From assembly GCA_964016885.1 (NCBI GenBank), contig OZ024743.1:355756001-355820000 (forward strand): DNA of 64,000 bases, written 5' to 3'. The first letter of the stretch is position 1. Each line of letters begins with the position of its first letter. Shown piece after piece: positions 53,235-64,000 of this stretch. A model generated the notes under the pieces. The model saw only the letters and a program-made list of their open reading frames with translations. It was not told the DNA's origin and ran no database searches. This DNA is from Eledone cirrhosa (taxonomy: Eukaryota). A program made the translations under genes and the position numbers.

Positions 53235-53652
53235 GGAGGTGAGTTTTATTGTAGTACAATAAAGCAATGCAGATATCGGATAAGAAGCACTCTACAGTTT
53301 GTAGGACTGGAGTATACATAATATATAAGATCAAAAGATGGTTAAAGGAGTTCCATGTATTTTATTATGCGCATTTCAAAAACAAACATCATCATGCAAT
53401 AATATTTGTGTTTTCATCAGATAAAACAGGAGAACATGATATGAAGGCTAAAAACACTTGTGGATAGTGCAGTTTTAAATCAACATATATTGATATGTTG
53501 ATTTAAAACTGCACTATCCACAAGTGTTTTTTAGCCTTCATATCATATTCTCCTGTTTTATCTGATGAAAACACAAATATTATTGCATGATGATGTTTGT
53601 TTTTGAAATGCGCATAATAAAATACATGGAACTCCTTTAACCATCTTTTGAT

Positions 53653-53658
<6 letters not shown>
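53232..53658 (-). mobile_element. ORF-less PLE-type fold-back (166-bp arms) with two HHRs and a tail
   Basis: 53323-53488 is the reverse complement of 53493-53658. Tail 53232-53322. (TA)n on both sides. Confidence 0.85.
53556..53622 (+). ncRNA. Hammerhead ribozyme (inverted copy 53360-53426, minus strand)
   Basis: uuuuau-CUGAUGA-aaacacaaa...uuuguuuuu-GAAA-UGCGCA-UA-auaaaa. 6-bp stem I and palindromic stem III. Confidence 0.82.
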
Positions 53659-53709
<51 letters not shown>

Positions 53710-53757
53710 AAAAAAGAGAGAGTTTGTACATGTTATTAGTAGCTGGAGCCTGAAGTT

Positions 53758-53852
<95 letters not shown>

Positions 53853-53934
53853 CGTAAACAGAAATAACAAACACAATCGGTACAGTATATGGAAGGGATA
53901 TATTAGGTTAACGCTTGATATAGCAGGAAGAGGG

Positions 53935-53970
53935 TCTTAACGTTTCGGACGCTAGTCCTTCATCAGAAGA
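53935..53970 (-). ncRNA. Minimal hammerhead ribozyme in a solo pLTR (53850-54030) of the Neptune-like family
   Basis: ucuu-CUGAUGA-AGGAC-uagc-GUCC-GAAA-CG-UU-aaga. Perfect stems. Confidence 0.88.
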
Positions 53971-54409
53971 AACAATGAGGAATAAGATAGATTGAGAGAA
54001 CGGGTGGGTTTGAATTGGAAAAAAATGTCTTTATATATATATAGGTGTGTGTGTGAGTATGTATGTGTGTGTGTGTATGTATATATATCCAATCGATATA
54101 TATGTGCATTATGTGTGTGTGTGTGCGGGCGCGCCATGAGCAAAAGAGTGAATTATAAGGTCATGTGTTCGATTCCCAGTGCCGTGATATATCCTCGTGT
54201 TATTTACTCTGCTCTGGCAATAATGCGCTGTACATGTATTGTTATACAGCCTTGTTATGCAGTGTGCCACGTTGACTCTCCCCGCGGAATGTTCAGCCAC
54301 TTGCATGAGCTGGCTGTTTTGTTGTTCGAACAACCGGAACACTTTTCGTCGAAACCCATTGAGGGTCAACAAAAAGGTAACAGTAAACACAGAAACATAG
54401 ATTGTACCT

Positions 54410-54990
54410 GATAAAATTTAGTAAGAAAAGACAAGGAAAAAGGGGAAAACAAAAGAAAGAAAGAATAGGGAATTATAGAAAAAAATAGAGAAAGAAAGAA
54501 GAAAAAGAATGAGAAGAGGGGATGGCAAGAGCTCTGGTGCCACAGAAGAGAGGGTAGGGGTGAATGGGGGAGGGTGATTGGGCTGCTTTGGTAAAAGCAT
54601 TCCTCCAGACGATGGCGAATGACACCCGCTGCAACAGCCACCCAACCTCGCGGGGCTCCCTCCTCAGACGGGCCGCCGACGCTCCGATCTTACGGAGGAG
54701 CTCGGCAGTGCGGGTTCCAAGTACGCCTAATGTCTCGACGGCGACTGGTGCGTAGAGGAAGCGACCGGACAAACCCCGGTATTTGTTTATTTTACATTCT
54801 GCGAGGCGGGCTGCGAGGCGGGCTGCGATACCGGGGTTTGTGTCTGAAGGGACTAAGTTGTAGGCGGAGAATGTGTCGCTGCAGGTGGCGTCCCAGATGC
54901 GGGACCTACCTCCTTCGAATGGGAAGAGGGTGATTCCGTCGGGGCGCTTGCCATCTCCGCAGTCTAGGCCTGCTGGTTCCAGTTGAGATG
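54410..54990 (-). pseudogene. CRE-clade non-LTR retrotransposon 3' fragment (RLE domain plus 3' UTR)
   Basis: EPAGL..GDGKRPDGITLFPF..G....WDATC.DT and PVAVETLG..G......RE...LLQRVSFAI..NA. Confidence 0.8.
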
Positions 54991-55317
54991 GAAAGATATG
55001 GTCTGTAATGTTTGGTTGCGGTTATGGTGAAGCAGTAGAATTAAAGTTTGAGAAGAGAGAATTGACAACGAAATATATAGATAACGAAAGTGGTAGGAGG
55101 CAGAGTGAGACAGAAAAAAGAAAGTCAGTAGAACTATAGCATAGTGAGTGGAGCGTAGGACAGAATGAGCCAGAGAGAGGGAGAGATGGATATTGCAGAA
55201 AGAGAAATAGACAGAAGTAAGACGTTACTGAACACGTGACAACACGCTGTTAGTTTATTTGTGTTTATAGGAATTAACGTATTGTTTATCTCAATAATTA
55301 GAACACACACACACACG

Positions 55318-55385
<68 letters not shown>

Positions 55386-56029
55386 CAGCGATAACATGAA
55401 ATTAAGTAACAACAGCCTTCGTACATCAATGGGGGGAGCCGCTGCATTATCTCATATGTCAATCCATTTTTAACACGATTGTGATTTCTAGCAGGTCGAG
55501 TAATAACATGAAGTAGGCCCCTATATATAAAATTAAAATACATGCATGTATGTGACATTGCATGTGTGTAGGACTTTCGTCCGTATCTGATTCACAATTA
55601 CAACTCATTTTTTACCAGTTGACTGGACTAGAACAACATCAAATAAAGTGCCCTGCACTAGGGCACAATTCACTGCTAAGAATCAAAATCACGACATTAT
55701 GATCGTGACATGAACACCTTTACCTCTAAACCACGGGTCTTCGCAATACAGAATTGTTTTAAAATATTATTTATTTTGACATGCCAGACTAAACGAATGT
55801 TCACCATCATGGGTTTAATAAAATAAATAAAGATCAGGGTCTCTGAGATTGTGGTCCGGAGATACCATGACTCAAGGGTTGCTGTTGCTTAGCCCATGGT
55901 CAGCCTTGATTGAACAAACCTATGATGAAAGGCATCCAATCCGTAACCATCATTGCGATTTCCTATCTGCAAAGGACCTAGAACGTGACAGTTTTTTAAA
56001 ATGGTGGAGGCGCAATTTTAGGGGAAACA

Positions 56030-56270
56030 AGTCGCGTGGCCTAGTAGTTAGTGTGCTGGGCTTATGATCATAATATCATGGGTTCGGTTCTTGAACTGGA
56101 TTGTGTACTCAGTATACTCGGCTGAAAATTAGTACCAGCAGTAGCTGAGGGGTTAACACAGTGATGGACCGGTGTCCTATCCCGGGAGGGCGGAAGTCTT
56201 TTACTCTCAGTCGCTTAACGCCAAGGAAACTAGGATAAGCATCAGCTTAATGAGCCCCCGGGCTTGAAAC
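56030..56270 (+). mobile_element. Degenerate tRNA-headed SINE (fourth family)
   Basis: gtggcctagtagttag...gggttcggttc head and gatggac...ctcagtcgctt...ggataagc body. Confidence 0.55.
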
Positions 56271-56599
56271 AGACTGTAGATGTTTAGAATTTGAAGGAAA
56301 CTCCACAACTGTTTCTAGGAGCGAATCTAGACATGGAGTTATCTACCCACAAATGAAAAATCTAGCTTGAATGCTTGCAAATGTATTAATTCAGTGAAAA
56401 GCACTAAATGGCCTGGTGGTGGTGTTAAACAGGATGACTGATTGATTTTTTTAATATAAAACAGTCTGGTTTCCATAATATACTCTTTTACCGGTTCCAG
56501 CCATCCGGCTGAGGCCATACTGGGGCACCGCCTTTGTATGTGTGTTCATCTAACAAATATGTTGGAGAGCGGGGGCCACTCCTTGTGATGGTAAAACAA

Positions 56600-56850
56600 T
56601 GGAAGGCGATGGAAGGACATTTGATACGACCATATATTCTGCCACGATTCCTTGTCTTAAACCATCTTCAATCCACAGTTGAAGGAAAGACGAGAAGAGA
56701 GAGACAAAGACAATTCTGATTCAATAACATCAAGGACTGAATAGGACACAACCCCGCGACCCTTCTTCCTATAGCGGAGGATAACAACCAGTGGTGACTG
56801 TTGACTGAGAAAACGTCTAGAATGGCACCCTAACGACTTGCTGCACCAGT
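56600..56850 (+). pseudogene. RTE-like LINE extreme 3' end
   Basis: LQSTVEGKTRR.RQR..*..NIKD, matching the typical RTE C-terminus (EG.R.RGR....W.D.IK.W). Confidence 0.55.
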
Positions 56851-57159
56851 TACCGAAACTTGATAAATTGATTTATTTATTTTAAAAAAAAACTTCCTCC
56901 TAATTTTATATAAGAACCTTTGTTAAGCTATGTTCCACACGCCAGTTTAATAATGATAAAGTTAATTTTTCAAAATGATTTCAAAATCATAAGAAGTGTC
57001 TTTCATTAGAAATATGGTGACGAAATGATTAAGTCTCCCACCATAAAAAGTCGACACTTCGTAGAGGATATATTTTGTCAAAGAAGAGGTTAGGGTGGTG
57101 AATATGTGGTGAGTTTTATTTCACGAGATCAGATCGCTTAACTACAGAGTTATGATGGA

Positions 57160-57378
57160 TAGAATAAGGCGAGAGGAGAGGGACAAGAGGGGTAAAGAAA
57201 GGAAAGAAGGAGGAAGAATATATGATGGAAAGAAGACATGAGAAAGGTAGAAAGACACATAAAAATGAAAAAAGAAGAAACAAGCAAATAAAAGGAAAAA
57301 TAAAAGAAGAAAAAGAAAATGAAAGAAAGAAAGATGGAAAGAAAATAAAGTAGGAAAAATAAAAATAAATACAGATAG

Positions 57379-57409
<31 letters not shown>

Positions 57410-57621
57410 AGAAAGAGTAGAAAAAAGAAAGAAATAGAAAATAAAAGAAAGAAAGAAAAGAAAAGAAAAAAGAGAAAATAAGGAAGAAATAAAGAATAGA
57501 AGAAAAAAGAAAGAAAGAATAGAAGAAAAAAGAAAGAAAGAATAGAAAAGAAAAGAAAAAAAGAACAAAAGAAAGAAACAAAGGAAGAAAAAAGAAGAAG
57601 AAAAAGAAAGAAAGAGAAAGA

Positions 57622-57652
<31 letters not shown>

Positions 57653-57779
57653 AAAAAAGAAGAAAGAGTAGAAAAAAGAAAGAAATAGAAAATAAAAGAA
57701 AGAAAGAACGAATAGAAAGAAAAAGAAATAGAAAAGAAAAGAAAAGAAAAAAAGAGAAAATAAGGAAGAAAGAAAGAAA

Positions 57780-57851
<72 letters not shown>

Positions 57852-58292
57852 GGAGAATGGAGGCTATGAAAGGAAACATGGAAAAGGAAAAGATATAGAG
57901 AGAATGAAATAGAATAAATGAAGGATAAAGAGATGAATGAAAAGAAGGGGAGGTAAGGAGTGAGAGGGGGGAGATAGAGAAAGAGGGAGAGGGAGAGGGA
58001 GAGGGAGAGAGTTGAAAGAATAAGAGGAAGAGAAGGAGAGAATGGAAACAAATTGAAATGTTAGGAATAAAGTATAATTGGCCAAAAGAGAAGAAAACGA
58101 AGACGAAGAAGACGAAGGAAGACGAAAGAAGGCAAAGAAAAAAAGGAAGAAAAAGGAAATAGAAAAAGAGCAAGAAGATGACGATGTGATTGATGAAGGA
58201 AACTGAGAGAGGGAAGAATGAAGGAGAGGGCGAGACAGATAGAGAGATAAAATGTGAGAGAGAGAGAAAGATAGACAGAGAGAGAGAGTGAA

Positions 58293-58338
<46 letters not shown>

Positions 58339-59572
58339 TGACAAAAATAGAGAGATAGACAGAGGGAGAGTGAGAGGAAAGGTTGAGAGAGACAGAGGGA
58401 TAAAATGTGACAGAGATAGAGAGAGAGACAGAGGGAGAGTGAGAGGAAAGGGTGAGAGAGAGAATGACAGAGGGAGAGTGAAGGAGAGAGTGAGAGACAC
58501 AGAGAGAAAGTGAAGGAGAGAGTGAGAAAGATAGAGATACAGAGAAAAAGAGAGAGGAAGAGTAAAGGAGAAAGTGAGACAGAGAGAGATAGAGACAGAG
58601 GGTGAGTGAAGGAGAGGGCGAGAGAGATAGAGAGATAAAATGTGACAGAGATAGAGGGGGAGAGTGAAGGAGAGGATGAGACAGAGATTGAGAAAATGTG
58701 ACAGTGGTAGGGAGAAAGAGAGAGGAAGAGTGGAGGAGAGGGTGAGGGAAACGGAGATAGAGAGAAAGAGAGAGGGCGAGTGAAGGAAAGGGTGAGTGAG
58801 ACAGAAACATAAAAAATGACAGAGATAGCGAGATAGACAGAGGGGAAGTGAGAGGAGAGGGTGAGAGAGAGAGGGGGGAGAGTGAAGGAGAGAGTGAGAG
58901 AGACAGAGAGAAAGTGAAGGAGAGAGTGAGAAAGACAGAGAGATAAAATGTCAGAGAGAGAAAGAAAGAGAAGAGTGAATGAGAGGGTGAGACAGGGAGA
59001 TAACATTTGACAGAGATAGAGACAAAGATAGGGAGGAAGAGTGACGGAGAGAGTGAGACAGACAGAAAGAGAGAGGGGGGAAGTGAAGGACAGGGTGAGG
59101 AAGACAGAGAGTTAAAATGTGACAGAGATAGAGAGAGAGAGACAGAGAGGATGTGAAGGAGAGAGTGAGAGAGACAGAGAGATAGAGAGAAAAACAGAGG
59201 GAATGTGGGAGGAATATACAGGGTGTAACGATTGTCAATGTCAGTGAAATTAGCTGAAAGATGGATTATGATGTTTGACAGACGACGCAGTGGTTGTACA
59301 TAGAAGTGGATGGGATGAGAGAGTGGTGGAAATATTAGTTGTAGAGGTGTGGTGATGGTGGCGATGTAGTTGTTTAGGTGGTGGTGATGGTGTGGTGTGG
59401 TTGCACTTCGAGGTGGTGTTGGTAGTATTGGTTGTGGCGGCAATGGAGATGTAGACGGTGGTGGTGGTGGTGGTGGGGGGGGGGGGGGTGATATTGGTAG
59501 TAAATGTGCTTGTTCTGTATGGAATAAGATAGTAGGGTTTTCTGTCATGGTGCCGGCAGCAGCGACGGTGGT

Positions 59573-59603
<31 letters not shown>

Positions 59604-59790
59604 ATGATGAAGGTGGTGGTGGTGGTGGTGGTGGTGGCGGTGGTGGTGGCGGCGGCGGCGGCGGCAGCAGTAGCGATGATGAAGGTGGTGGTGGTGATGG
59701 TGGCGGCGGTGATGATGGTGGTGATGGTGTTGGCGATGGCGATGGCGGTGGTGGTGGTGTTGACGGTGGTGTGGTGAACAGCAATGATGG
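57160..59790. repeat. About 2-kb purine-skewed (GA/GAAA) low-complexity tract with a degenerate minisatellite (gagagataaaatgtgacagagata), then a (GGT/GGC)n tract
   Basis: Direct inspection. Confidence 0.9.
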
Positions 59791-60170
59791 TAACGGTTTG
59801 AAATGGGATACTGGCTGAATTGAAATTAAATTAAATTTACAGTTCGCAGTTAAGCAGGTTTAGCCCCCTATGAGGTTGCATCTCATTGAAAGTTTCCTGA
59901 ATGCTTTAATGATAGGGATCACAGTCCTATCATGAAATACAACGTGAAAGGAAAAAAACTTGCTCAAGAACACAAGGCACTGTCCGGTGAAGGGATCAAA
60001 CCCGTGACCTTAGGATCGCGTGTCTCTAAGTGATGAATCTGGAATTGCTAATGTTTCAGTGGTGGCAGTAACGTTGTCACTGTGAGTTTTACAATAGATT
60101 GGAAGCACTCTGGAGTTATTAATATTAAAATACAAATATTAATAAAATAGATGTTCTTTTGATCAATTAC

Positions 60171-60223
60171 ATTTTATTATACATATTTCGGATGTACAAC
60201 AGTACGTCCTCATCAGACAAAAT
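60171..60223 (-). ncRNA. Hammerhead ribozyme
   Basis: auuuugu-CUGAUGA-GGACGUAC-uguu-GUACAUCC-GAAA-UAUGUA-UA-auaaaau. Same stem I as 5956-6019. Confidence 0.82.
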
Positions 60224-60420
60224 ATAATGATACATGACATACCCTGAGATGTTAAATGGTTAAGATTTAATCAAGGTAGCCTTAACCATTTAACATCTCA
60301 AGTAGTAATGTTGTTGTTGTTTAGCTCCAGGACAATGTAGGTTGAGCAGATCTTGAGCAGATCTTATAGCAAAGCCATACATATACTGTCTTTTGGGGAT
60401 ACCTAGGACTGCATTATCCC

Positions 60421-60745
60421 GCCGAGGTTAACTTTGCCTTTCATCCTTACGGGGTCGATAAAATAAAGTACCAGTAATGTACTGGGTAATTGCTAGCCTT
60501 GTGCCAAAAGTAGAAACAATTATTTAAGGACGATGGATTGGCAGTATCGGTAGAGCGTTGGACACCATGCTTTGCAGCATAGAGCTACGTCTCTTTACGT
60601 TCTGAGTTCAAATCCTGCCGAGGTTTGCCTTTCATTCTTACGGGGTCGATAAAATAAAGCACCAGTAACGTTTTGGAGTCGACTTAATCGACTTCCCCTC
60701 CGCCAAAAATTGTTGGCCTTGTGCCTAAATCAGAAACCATTATTT
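60421..60745 (+). mobile_element. Two tandem family-1 SINE copies (first 5'-truncated)
   Basis: Homology to 22395-22580. Confidence 0.85.
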
Positions 60746-61041
60746 AATGCGTCTTCCCCTTTAGAACGATGCAATGTTATTTGAGCAGAGCCTTTTAGAA
60801 GCCCTAAGCACTAAAAGGATTATGGTAGCCTCGCCCCTATACTGTATTTGGAACAAACTTTAATATACTGTACTGGAAAAATACATTGTTGGCTATATGA
60901 GGCCACTGTTAAATTGAGACACTAAGCTCATGCTTATTTTGCTTAATGGTTAATCCAGACCTGATTTGGCTGCTATTTCTAGCTGGCTGCTATATCAAAG
61001 TCGGTCGTTTTAGGGCTGGTGATATTGTATTGTTAACAATG

Positions 61042-61233
61042 GTGGTGGATTGGCAGTATCGGTAGCGGGTCGGACGGCATGCTTTGCAGCACAGAGTTAC
61101 GTCCCTTTACGGATTGAATTCAAATCCGGCCGAGGTTAACTTTGCCTTTCATCCTTGCGGGGTCGATAAAATGAAATACCAGCAATATACTGGGATAATT
61201 GCTGGCCTTGTGCCAAAAGTAGAAACAATTATT
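61042..61233 (+). mobile_element. Family-1 tRNA SINE
   Basis: Homology to 22395-22580. Confidence 0.85.
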
Positions 61234-61252
61234 AACACTGGTGCTTCTTTTC

Positions 61253-61450
61253 AGATATGTAAAATCCTGACCGCGGCGCCAAGCGGGTCGGGATATTACA
61301 TATCTCTATACCCACTCTACATCTCCCGGTCTCAGCACCGCACACTCTATCTATATATATATATATTTGTGTGTGCGTGTGTGTGTGTGTGTGCGCGTGC
61401 GCGTGTAATAAATAATTCACATATAAACAAACGTAACGAACATAGCGCAT
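61253..61450. repeat. About 200-bp direct duplication (second copy 63190-63390) starting with a long hairpin
   Basis: agatatgtaa-aatcctgacc...ggtcgggata-ttacatatct stem. The copies are near-identical. Confidence 0.85.
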
Positions 61451-61461
61451 AGTTCGCGTAT

Positions 61462-61493
<32 letters not shown>

Positions 61494-61948
61494 TTACGTG
61501 GTTTTGTCATCGCGTGCAATTGTTCTCTACGCTCCACATATGACGTATAATCTTCGTTTTTTCCGTTCATTGCCAGAGAACGTCTCTATGAACCACCTAA
61601 TAGAATATTAGTCTACGACTTCTTTTATACCATAAACGTGGTTTTGTCTTTGCGTGTTTTTCACTGCTACAAATAATGACGTATTATATTCGTATTTTCC
61701 CGTTCTTTGCCAGGGAACCAAAGTATCGTCTTCCTGTCTTCCTCCGGTTGCAACGTTTTTTGAAATATTTACTTCTGCGTTCACAGATTGACTTTGTTAG
61801 TTTCAGAAGATCCCGTTAAGGGTGAAAGCAGCGATTCTTTGCTTAAACTTTAATCTATTTTAATAAATATTTGCTCTACGGTTCTTATATATATGATATA
61901 TATTTATCCTTATCGAGCCCTCTTTGGATTTTAGTCTTCTATTATTAT

Positions 61949-62051
<103 letters not shown>

Positions 62052-62612
62052 CATATATATTTAATTGCATTATTCAGTTACATATATCTTTCAACTGAAA
62101 GATGAATCTAGAAAAATAAGTTTGTTGTTAATTAATAAAATCGACATGTTGAGTAGACAGACCGTTCAAAACCCTAGGGTTTACGTTAAAATTCATCTGA
62201 ATAAAAGGGATACTTGTTGGTGAAATGATTGGGAATCAATGACTTAATGTGTCCTTTCCTTATTTAATCCTTTTGATACCAGCCCGGCCAAAACCTGCTT
62301 CGTTCCTGACAAATAAAATTATTAATTTTAAAGGGTTCCTATTTAGATTAAAATCTAATATAAGTATATAAGAACCATATGTTTGGTTACTATCTTATTA
62401 AAAGAATAATTAACAATGTTAGTAAATCTGTCAAAATTCTTCGGTGATTAATTGAAGTAGATTGTATAGGGTCATGAAAGGGTTAAAACAGCTGAGTGTG
62501 ATTGGAGTACATTTGGCTATTAAGTTTAGCAGGCAGAGCTACAATGTAGAGATGCCTTCTAAATACTGGTGGTAAGCACATCAAAGACGGGTATGATGGA
62601 GTTGGTCAGAGC

Positions 62613-62770
62613 CAGGGCCTATGAGAGGGGGGGGGGGGGGGCAGCCGGTACTTTGCTCTGGGGCACAAGAGCTAAGAAGGCCCCACAGGAACCATGGAAC
62701 ATCCATTTTGAGAAAAATATTTGCCTGCTGCGGGTCCCAAATGGGTCTTGTACCGCCTTACAAAGCCCTG
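62613..62770. mobile_element. hAT-type MITE
   Basis: Termini CAGGGC...GCCCTG with an exact 8-bp TSD GTCAGAGC (62605-62612, 62771-62778). Confidence 0.85.
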
Positions 62771-63114
62771 GTCAGAGCCCAACAGATTGTTGCTCCTCTG
62801 CAATTTGTATTGGTGTTGTGCATCTGAGGAAAGTGTTCTGGAACTATTGGTGTTGCAGTTATTTATGTGTATACACTATTACTACACATAGAAGGAAAAT
62901 TATATGCATGTGAGCATGTCCGTACAATAGTGCATTAATGTTCGTTTTAATATAGTTCTGTGTAATTGTGTTTGAAAGTTTTCACTCAATATACTTACAT
63001 ATAACACTAATACGTATTCTGCGCGTGTCTCTCTTTCTCCCCACCCCCACCCCTTATCTCTCTTTCATTATATATATATATATATTTATATATATTTATA
63101 TATACATATATATT

Positions 63115-63180
<66 letters not shown>

Positions 63181-63892
63181 AAGAGAGAGAGATATGTAAA
63201 ATCCTGACCGCGGCGCCAAGCGGGTCGGGATATTACATATCTCTATACCCACTCTACATCTCCCGGTCTCAGCACCGCACACTCTATCTATATATATATA
63301 TATATTTGTGTGTGCGTGTGTGTGTGTGTCTGCGCGTGCGCGTGTAATAAATAATTCACATATAAACAAACGTAACGAACATAGCGCACAGTTCTTACCA
63401 TTTCCACACAACCACATATACAGGCAGACACATACACATGTGCAAGGACACACACATGTACAGGAACACACACACATGTACAGGCACACACACAACCACA
63501 TGTACAGACACACATACACACATATTGGAATTTTATTGAAAACAGAAGACATTCAGTCGACATTATTAACCATTTTTGACTGATCTTGCAGAAACTATAA
63601 CCCCATCCATCAATCTGGCCGTCACACCAACACACCCCCATGTTTAATAATTATCATTGGGCACGCAATTATTATTATTATTTTATTATTATTTTTGTTC
63701 AGTCTTTCATCTAAAACCATCCGCCATTTCTGCCAGCCATTACTTGCTTTTCCTATCCATCGACATTCTCTAACTTCATAAATATACATATAAATAAACG
63801 TAACATACAGTTATAAACAGAGCTTACATTTCTTGCTATTTTCACATAATCATTACACACAGGAACATACATATGTGTTATATATATTTATG

Positions 63893-64000
<108 letters not shown>

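Overview
Eukaryotic, AT-rich, microsatellite-saturated DNA with a 200-N scaffold gap. The repeat complement suggests a coleoid cephalopod such as Octopus (inference). I found no credible host gene. Almost all ORFs in the track are microsatellite read-throughs. The real coding content is retroelements: two Naiad-like and one Neptune-like Penelope-like element (PLE; RT plus GIY-YIG), a head-to-tail stack of four Tx1/L1-clade LINE copies in (TATC)n (one near full length), a 5'-truncated but uninterrupted R4/Dong-like RLE element in (TAA)n, and RTE, CRE and Dong fragments. There are also tRNA-SINEs, non-autonomous Helitrons and a hAT MITE. The most striking hidden layer is more than 15 type I hammerhead ribozyme (HHR) motifs from many unrelated families. 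They sit in fold-back (inverted-repeat plus one-sided tail) modules, mostly bounded by (TA)n. These include U3-A8 core covariants, a 531-bp non-coding retrozyme-like unit, and a covarying 4-bp stem at a fixed offset from the inverted-repeat boundary. All folds and alignments were done by eye.
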